DNA of 64,000 nt from the human T2T-CHM13v2.0 reference genome, Homo sapiens. The notes below the pieces were generated by a model. It was not told the origin of the DNA and did no database searches. It was given only the letters and a program-made list of their open reading frames with translations. Position numbers and translations under genes: made by a program. Positions 55,913 through 64,000 of the stretch are shown piece by piece; the stretch's first letter is position 1; each line of letters starts with the position of its first letter. Location: the NCBI RefSeq assembly GCF_009914755.1, contig NC_060931.1; one strand, 5' to 3'.

Positions 55913-58299
55913 AGGGCGAAATGCTCTCCAGCTTGGCACCCGCAGCCCAGCTCAAAGGCAGGGACTGTGGTTGCTTTGCAAATGAGGGAGGCTGGGTCCC
56001 TGCCCTCACCGGGCTTACCATCTAGGTTTGGAGAGGAGTGACGTAAGGTGAAGTCAGAAAAGAATCATAAGAAAAGAGAGTCCACACCCTGGAAGGATCT
56101 GAGGCAGAAGGAAGCTCTTGCTGAACCACCTGAGAGGAGGCGGTCTGGCCTGGGCACCCTGGGGGGCCTGCGCCCCCACTTCGAGGCCCCTCTGGAAGGT
56201 GCTTGGCTCTCCGGATGACCCCAGCACTGGGGAGACCCGCTGTGCTTTCCAGGCAGCACAGACACCTCGGTGTAGGTGTTGTGGTGCCACAGGGAAGGGT
56301 GTTTCTTCCAGCCTGGTTCTCAGGACGGGCTGCTGGCTGGAACAAACCCCACCTCTATCTGAGCCACCAACCATCTGAACCGGTATTCTCTCTATCTGAC
56401 AAATATTCCTCCTTCTTTACATCCCAGAAATGGTGAAAATGCACAATGCCTCAGGACGCCTTGAGGAAGGAGCAGCGTGTTGCTGCTGAGGGTGAACACA
56501 CGTGGTCTCTGAGGAGAGGCGACAGATCTCCCTGGGCGTCAGTCATCCTGGGACTGGGTGTCGTGGAAGAAGGTGACACCAGGCAGAAACCAAGAGCAGG
56601 GGAGCTGCAGGCCGGTATCAGAGCCCGTATCAGAGCAGAGTGGCCCCTGAGCGGGGAGGCAGCTGGAGCTCACTGTTGGAGGAGGGCCCGGCACCTGCAC
56701 CTGAGGACATGAGTCTGAGGCCTGCGGAGAAGCCAGGTGAGACACCGCTGTGCTTCTCTGGGCCACGGCCCCTCACGGCTGCATCCAGTCACCAGAGTTC
56801 CTCTGTGCCTCACCCACCCTTGATCATAGAAGACAGCCTGCATGTCCTCAGCTCTGTCCTCCAACCGGCTGCCCGGGAGGCCTCCCTGGCTGCTCCCCAA
56901 ACTGCACGTGCCCTGAGTCAGCCCTGGGGCCTCATGGACTCCCCTGTTCACGCATCCCGGCAGCGCGCAAACCATCCCTGTCGGCTCCCAGTGAAATGCT
57001 ACAGGATCTCAGGGCAGCTGCACCCCGCAGGTTCAGAAGGGATGGGATTCTGTGTCCTTTTCCTTCTTGCTTCAGACCTTCACCTGGGGCTCTAACACCG
57101 AAAGTCTGTGCCAGACAGAGGCATCCACAGCGACAGGAGCCTGGGCCAGGGCGGCCATCCCTGCTGCAGAGACAAATGTCAGTGTCCATGGAATCAGTTC
57201 GGTGCGGTGAGCGGCAGGTCTGATATGAAAGCTACTCGCACTTCCCGTCTGGGCAAGAGCAGGAACTCGGCAGGCAGAGAGCTGGTGGAGCTTTCCATGG
57301 GAAAACCAGAACCTTCAAAGAGCCCGGCCTCCCTCTGATCAGCCCCTTCTTTCTGATCAGATGCATTATTGACGAGGCAGCCTCCTCCACCTGCCTCTCA
57401 TCAGAGCAGCTCGTTTCCCACCGTGGTAATTTATACTTGTGATTTTGGCCTTGATCAATAAAGGCAACGGAGAAGACGCACCCGTTCATTTCCTACAGGA
57501 GGGGCGGAAACACACAGGCCTCTGTGCAGAGCTTCCCTGGGCTCTTCTGAAGGCAAGCAAACCCATCAAAGGGAAGATCTGCACGCTGAAAGGTCAGCAG
57601 TTCCCTTTTCCCCATGGGATTTGTGTTAGCAAGTTTGCGAGTGGAAGATGCATTTGGAACTGCCAGTCCCTTACAGCCCTCACATGGGAGGTGCAATCTT
57701 CATCCTGTCACTATTTTAAAACTCGTCTCAGGGTTGGGAGTAACTGAAACCGTTTTGGGCTTAATTTTGCATGAGGACGTAGCAGAGCATGACAGAAGGG
57801 AAAAAGAGAAAATGCTGGCAAAGGAGAAATGGCCCTAAGAGGGAAGCCGGATCCCTAGCTGGGTCGGAGTAGATGAGCGGGGAATGAGGGGCTGGAGGAT
57901 GCAGCTCCGAGCGTGCAGGGGTGGTGTGCTCTCGGGAGGGAGCTGCTGCGGAGCTACTAAGGAGGGAGGCTGAGGGGTGGGAGAAAGCCCAGGGCTGTAA
58001 TCGTAGCCCCTGGAGCCTGATTTAAAAGACTGGAGGAGGCAAAACCTTTCCTGGGTGACATCCATCCAGGGCATGACCCTGCGGCCTCCGTGTCTGCTGT
58101 GGGCGAGGCTGTGCCTGCAGCCAGCCCTGCCCCCATCCCTTCCCTTCTAGGGATGTTGGAGTGTGGGGCAGCCCAGCTTCTGCCCACAGCACAGATGAGG
58201 AACTGAGGATGCAGGGGCCCGTGGGGGACGGCACACGGTCAGCCCAGAATTAGGACCTAAGGTTGGCCCTACGGGTTCCTGCAGCACAGACGTGCAGCA

Positions 58300-58500
58300 T
58301 GTGCACCCACATGTACACACAATCAGGCATAGCCACAGAGAATCACACCCTCCCACGCACACCCACACCCACGCACCCTCCCACAGGCACACGCGCACCC
58401 TCACACTCATGGTCTCGCCCTCCCACAGGCACACCTGCACTCACACACGCCTACAGGCACACAAGCACACACTCCTTCCCCCCCGCAATCCCTGCACACC
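58300..58500. repeat. CA-rich low-complexity tract
   Basis: Degenerate CA runs with repeated CCCTCCCACAGGCACA. Confidence 0.75.
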
Positions 58501-61374
58501 CGTGGGCACCTATGCTCTCGTGTGGTCTGGATCTGCCTTCTGTGTGCACAGCCTGTGCCTGGCCCAGCGTGAGTGACTCGTGGATGCTCTGCAGGTGAGA
58601 CCTGAGGTGAGTGTCCTGGCACCGCCCGGGCCTGGCTATCGGGAAGCTCCGCCCAGACGGCCGCCTCCTCCCTGGCGCGGGCCTCTTCCCTAGGAGGAGC
58701 TCGTTAGCTTGTTTTTCCATCGGTATTCTTTGTCCCCAGTCACCCGGACCTGGGGCTGGGCACTGCCAGGGGCAAATGTGCCATGTGGAGAGGCCAAGCG
58801 GGGGACAGGGGCGGCTTGTCCGCCAGGTGGCACCGAGGCGGCTGCGTGTGGGGCAGTGTTCCCACTCTCGTCACCAGCCCGCACTTCCCGCTGCCTCTGA
58901 GTATTCTGTGGGGGCTGCCCCGGCTGCAGCCCCAGGTGTAGCCTGCTGGAAATCTCACGGTGTCCAGGCCCCATCCCTAACCGGCCCGGGGCATCCCTGA
59001 TTTCGTGCTCACCGAGAGGGGCCTCCCTCGGCCTGCCCAGCTAAGAGCCTTGCAGGAGCCCTTCTCCAGCCTCACACTGCCAGCCCCTTTGAATTGCAGC
59101 ACTCAGGTCCCCAGGAAAGGTGTTTTTATCCAGTTAGCTGTTTTTTATACTTATGAAAAAGCTCCGTCACTTGGAGCAAAGCAGAGTTGATTTTCAGATG
59201 TGATTTCTGCAGGCAGAGCAATGTCTGGTTCCTGCTGTTTCTTCTGATGGGCGCGGCGGTGACTGAGGGTGTCCTGCGAGCCGTCGGTGAGCGCTCAGCT
59301 GTCCTGGTCTGCAAGTTCCTACTGACATCACAACCTGCTGCTTCTCTCTGTCCTTAAGGGTCAGAAGATGGAGAAAAGGTTCATGTTTCCACCCCTGTAT
59401 TCTGTTAGGTTCGGGTTTTTGAGAGAGGCTTGTGGGGAAGGGGCCGTGTCCCCACTCCTTCCTTTCTTCTTGTACACATATTTACATCCACTGATTGAGT
59501 GATTTACAATCACTCAACATGATTGACGGAACTTCTGGCACTGCGGAAGCTGTGCTAAGGCCTGGGCATTCATGGGACATGGAGCGTGCAAGAGCTGAAG
59601 TTTTAATGACTTGCTTGCAGAAAAAGATCAAGTTTTACAACAGAAAATTATGGGGCATAATTTCTATTGTGGCAAGGGACCAGGGCCGTCTCCTGGAGGA
59701 AATCTGGAGAGAACATGCCACAGCCAGGCCGGCGTAGAGAGAGGCTCTGGCAGGGGCCCCTCCCAACCCACCCCTGCATGCGTGGGGCTTCTGCTCAGCA
59801 ACAGGGGCGCAGCTCCACTTTCAAAGTGTGAGGGGCAGGGGCTCAGGTCTCGGATGCCTTCACCACCTGCCTGAGTCGGGCATCGGGCAGGGAGCGTGCG
59901 GGGGCCTCTGCCTCTGCTGGCCCAGATGATTCCCTGGCCCTCCTCAAGTGCAGCTCCCATTAAATAGATAGAGCCGGGCTCTGAGCCACGAATTGGGCCA
60001 AGCATCCCAAGGGGGTGGAACCGAGTCAGGAGTCAAGACCAGAGGCCAGGAACTGCCCACGCCCATGTTCCTTCCACAGGGCCAGCCTGTCCGGTGGCAA
60101 CACTAATACCATCCCATGAAGCCTGTGAAAATTAAAGGGAATGGTGCATGTTTAGAGGCCACACACAGCAAGTAACCAATGAACACCCACCCTTCATGCT
60201 TGGTTTTCTTCACTGGGCCAGCAGGGGCGGAGGCCCCAGCACTCTCCCTGCCTGATGCCCGACTCAGGCAGGTGGGCTTGAGAGCCCCTCCCGGGGCTCC
60301 AGGGCTCTGAAGGCATCCAACACCTGGGCCCCTGCCCCTCACATTTTGGAAGTGGAGCTGTGCCCGTGCTGCTGAGCGAAAGCCCCATCCAGCTCTCCGA
60401 GAACCAGACGAGGGGCAAGGGAGATGAAGTCTTCCTGGAAACTTGGACTCCAGCTGGTGTGGGGGTCAGAGCAGCAGGCTGAGCCTTCAGGGGGCCTCCG
60501 GCAGGCTCCCAAGGCTGCGCTGTGCGTCTCTTCCACCACACGCACTGGGGCATGAGGCCAAGGGCATCGTCTGCAGAGCGAGAGGGAAACTGGGGTGGCA
60601 GGGCTTGCGGGCGCAGGACAGCGCCAAGGGGCTTTCGTCTCCCAGCATTAGGACGACCTTGTCCTCTGCCCCTGTCTGGGGGCCGCTGGGTCCCTCCTCA
60701 CAGGAGCGAGGCAGGCAGCTCTGGTGCAGGGCCGGCCAACAGGCCTCAGATCTGGAGTCACAGACCCAAGGACGAGGACAAGGGCCCCACACACCTCCAA
60801 GCAGGCCGTGAGGTACTGACGGGCAGGCAGGACCCTCTGTGACCCTTCCTCACTCCTCACCCAGAGAAGCCAGGAGAGCGGGATGCCGAGGGACTGGAAC
60901 AGAGAAGGCCTCTTGCAGGGGCTCATGGACAGGAAAACAGAGGAGCCTGCCAGGGCCATGGCCACTGGCAGGACAAGTGCCCACTGGAGCCAAGGCCCGG
61001 GCAGGGGAGAGGTCTGCAGAGCAGAGCCCGGCCCTGGGTTCCCACAGAGGCGGCTCGCACAGTGGCTGATTTGCCACTCGTTCACTCAGTTTAGTGAGCA
61101 GCACGTGAAATGCTAAATCCGTGTGGGCTCAGGAGCAGCCTCAGATGAGGAGAATCCCACAGTTCGTCGGTGAAGCCCCCACCCCAAATCTCCCACAGTC
61201 CTGCTCATGCCCAGGGCGGCAGGTGTCCTTTCTAATGGGTGAGAGCCAGGAGCTGGGGGCTGCGTGCGCTGTGGCCCCTCACCCATGGGGGCCTTCCAGG
61301 ACCCCAGCAGATGCCTGAAACCGGGGAGTGCCCGACCCTGGAGAGTGTCTTTTCCTATACACACATATCCACCT

Positions 61375-61803
61375 GTGTGGGTGCGTAGCTGAGTGTGTAT
61401 GTACACCTATGTGTGAAAATATCTGTGTTTGCATTGGTGTGTGTGTCCATGAGTTTCTGTGTCTGTGTGGGTGTGTGTGCCCATGAGTGTGAGTGTGTGA
61501 ATGTGTGTGGGTGTGTAGGTGAGTGTGGATGTGTGTGTGCGAGTGTGAATGTGTGCCCCGTGGGTGTATAGGAGAGTGTGTCTGTGTGCGTGTGCAAATA
61601 TGTCTGTGTTTGTACTGATGTAAGTGTCCATGAGTGTGTGAGTGCTTCTGTGTAGGTGTGTGGTGTGAATGCATGTCTGTGTGTGCCTGTGTGTGTGTGT
61701 GTCCATGAGTGTGTGAATGTGTACCTGTGTCAGTGTGTGAGTGTGTCAATATGGGTGGGTGTGTCCTCCGTGAGTGTGTGCGTGAGTGAATGGTGTCTGT
61801 GTG
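61375..61803. repeat. Degenerate (TG)n tract
   Basis: About 430 bp of interrupted TG repeats with recurrent CCATGAGT. Confidence 0.92.
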
Positions 61804-62554
61804 CAGGTCCTCACCATGGGCCGTGTCTCGAGCACATGTGCCCCTGCCTCGGTGGACCGCACGGCCGGCTGGGAGACACAGCCCAGGTGCAGGGCACTCC
61901 ACCTTCCAGGGCAGGCCTTGCTCTCAGCAGGTTTTCTCCCAAATCTTTGTCTCTCATCTTATCTGGGCGGAAGGTTTTACCAATGAGAAGCAGAAAGGCA
62001 TTCTTTTCCTCCTTGCTGCCTGCTGACAAGAGGCAGCCAGCCGACCACTTGAAAGGGAGCCGGTACAGTTAGGCTGGGAGGGAAACTTGGATCACAGCCT
62101 GGAGATGGTGCGGTGTCCAGCCACTCTGCCGGGAGCTGGGCACTGTGTCTGACACACCGTTGCTGCTGGCCACTTCTAGCATTATTATTTCTGCTCTTTC
62201 CTTTCCTTCATCATATGCTCCTGGAAGGGGCTCAGAGGTGTCCCCACCTTGCCTGTCCTGGAAAGTTGTCTCAGAAGGCCCTGTCCCGGTGGAAAGTGCT
62301 GGTGGCTCTGGGTGTCTGGGCCTGAATGGTGGGGTGTGGTCCGCTTGGCTCTGAGCAGAGCGCCTCCATGACAACGCCACAGTGTGCAGGGAAATGGGGG
62401 TGGGTGTGGGGGAAGCTGGGGGGTACCCCCACTCCTACTACCTTGAGCTCAGACCACCCTCTGCAACTTCCCTGGGGACCCCCACGGCCATGGGCCCTGG
62501 TCCAGTGGTGGGCTCTGCTCAGCCCAAGGGCTTTTGGATTAGAGTGTTACCAGC

Positions 62555-62900
62555 TTCCTGAGCCCATCCCCACCGCCTGACCTCGGCCTTGGCCTCCTGA
62601 ACTCATTCTCAGCCTCCTGAGCTCGTCCTCAGCCCCCTGAGCCCATCCTCATCCTCCTGAGCTCCTCCCCAGCCTCCTGAGCTCCTCCTCAGCCCCCTGA
62701 GCCTGTCCCCGGCTTCCTGAGCTCCTCCCCAGCATCCAGAGCCTGTCCCCAGGCCCTGAGCCCATCCTCAATCTCCTGAGCTCTTCTTCAGCCTCCTGAG
62801 CGGGTCCTCAGCCTCCTGAGCGAGTCCTCAGCCTCCCAAGCCTGTCCTCGGCCTTCTGAGCTCCTCCCTGCCCTCCTGACCTTGTTCCTGGCCTCCTAAG
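62555..62900. repeat. ~20-bp degenerate minisatellite
   Basis: Unit approximating CCTGAGCTCCTCCTCAGCCT, roughly 17 copies. Confidence 0.9.
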
Positions 62901-64000
62901 TTCATCTTAGCTCAAGGAGAAGGTCTTGGCTCCTCCTGCCTCCAGCAGCCCCTGGACTAGATGCCTAGTTTATCAGCAACCCAGATCTGAGCCTCCTATC
63001 TCAGACCCTGGACCATGGAGCTGTGGGCACCAGGGAAAGCTCTGGGGCCTGCTTGGCTTAGATAGGACCATCGGCCCCAGTGCTGAGCCTGGCTTAGGGC
63101 CACCCAGGGACGTGTGCTCTTCATCACTTCCTTCAAGCCAGTATCGCAGTGTCAGGAAGACCCGCTCTGTCCTGGTCACAGCGGTTCCCTCCTGCAGGAC
63201 CCTCAGAGCCACAGGGCAGCAGAGAGACCTGAGCAGATGGTCCTGGTTCCACGGGGCTCCCCTATGTCACCCTGGACCCAGTAATTAGACTCTTCGGGTA
63301 GAAAGCTCCAAGGATCAGTGAGGTCTTGGGGGCTAAAGAGGCGCACACAATGATTGCTTTATCTCCCTCAAATATGCAGAAAATGAACTCCATCAGCACA
63401 CACGGGCCGCAGGGCTTTGTGGGTCCCCAGGGCCCCCTCTGAATTACACTTTTGTTTTCCTGTGGGAGCAGCTTGTGCTCATTAGGGGAAGGCCAGGTGC
63501 CCGTTCATCTGGTCAGCCCCCATGCAGCCTGTTGGAGCAATGGGCAGGTGGCCAGGAGTTTGCCCCACATGTTTCTTTCTGAGTCTTTTGTCCAGCTGAG
63601 AACTTTCTACTTGATCTGTGCAGGATATCTGAGCAAGGCTGACCACTGCCCAGGCCCTGCATCTGGGCCCACAGAGGCCTCGAGCTCCACCCGTGGTGTC
63701 CCTTTTAGCTTAAAGCTGTGATCCCTCCCCTCTGCCATTGCTGGCAGATTTCCAGCCAAGGCCCAGACAAATTTCTATCAGGGGGTTTGAATGGGGTGTG
63801 CCTGGAGCAGAGTTTTGAGCAGGACCTGAGGAAGAACAGGGTCCCCCACAACACGGGTGCTGGGAGATGCTTCCTCTAGGCTGCATCCTGATGGGGCCCC
63901 ACTGGGGATGCTCCAGCCAGCGGGCACTTCAAAAGGTCCCTCCGCTGCTCTGCTGAGGACAGTGATGATTCCTCAGCGTGACCACTCAGGTCCTTCCTTT

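Noticed and set aside
60616-60625. REST/NRSE site (GGACAGCGCC)
   Set aside because: Only the right half-site is present.
61279-61902. His/Thr-rich 207-aa ORF
   Set aside because: Artefact of the (CA)n/(TG)n repeat.
30000-64000. Numerous 60-200 aa ORFs suggesting a gene cluster
   Set aside because: Expected in GC-rich DNA when alternative starts are allowed; no domains or coherent exon chain recognised, and no tRNA, rRNA or snRNA seen.

Overview
This is primate, almost certainly human, genomic DNA from a subtelomeric segmental-duplication region, not a prokaryotic locus. The only gene-like unit I recognise is a minus-strand FAM157-family locus. Four exons (12455-12609, 11563-11772, 9185-9335, 7288-7665) splice into an unbroken 298-codon frame containing a (CGG)5(CAG)11 repeat, and exon 4 sits in a CpG island. 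From memory the layout best fits FAM157D at 7p22.3, but I cannot verify this. About 1.5 kb upstream, on the same strand, is an LTR10C solo LTR carrying TATA and CCAAT boxes and three abutting p53 half-sites. The only long ORF (23345-25861) is the 3' part of ORF2 of a 5'-truncated L1PA2/3. It belongs to a nested cluster in which an old L1MA carries both this L1PA and a MER66 LTR, and the LTR carries an Alu. The rest is interspersed repeats (Alu, L1M, L2, MER4, MER57-like, LTR8, MER74, MLT1/2, an ERV-L gag-pro-RT fossil, MER30, Tigger3), minisatellites, low-complexity tracts and GC-rich non-coding DNA. Nearly all short ORFs in the supplied track are noise. Repeat family calls come from recalled consensus sequences and need RepeatMasker confirmation. 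I found no convincing novel biological system. The most testable idea is a p53-responsive ERV-LTR promoter driving a primate-specific, repeat-bearing FAM157 transcript.
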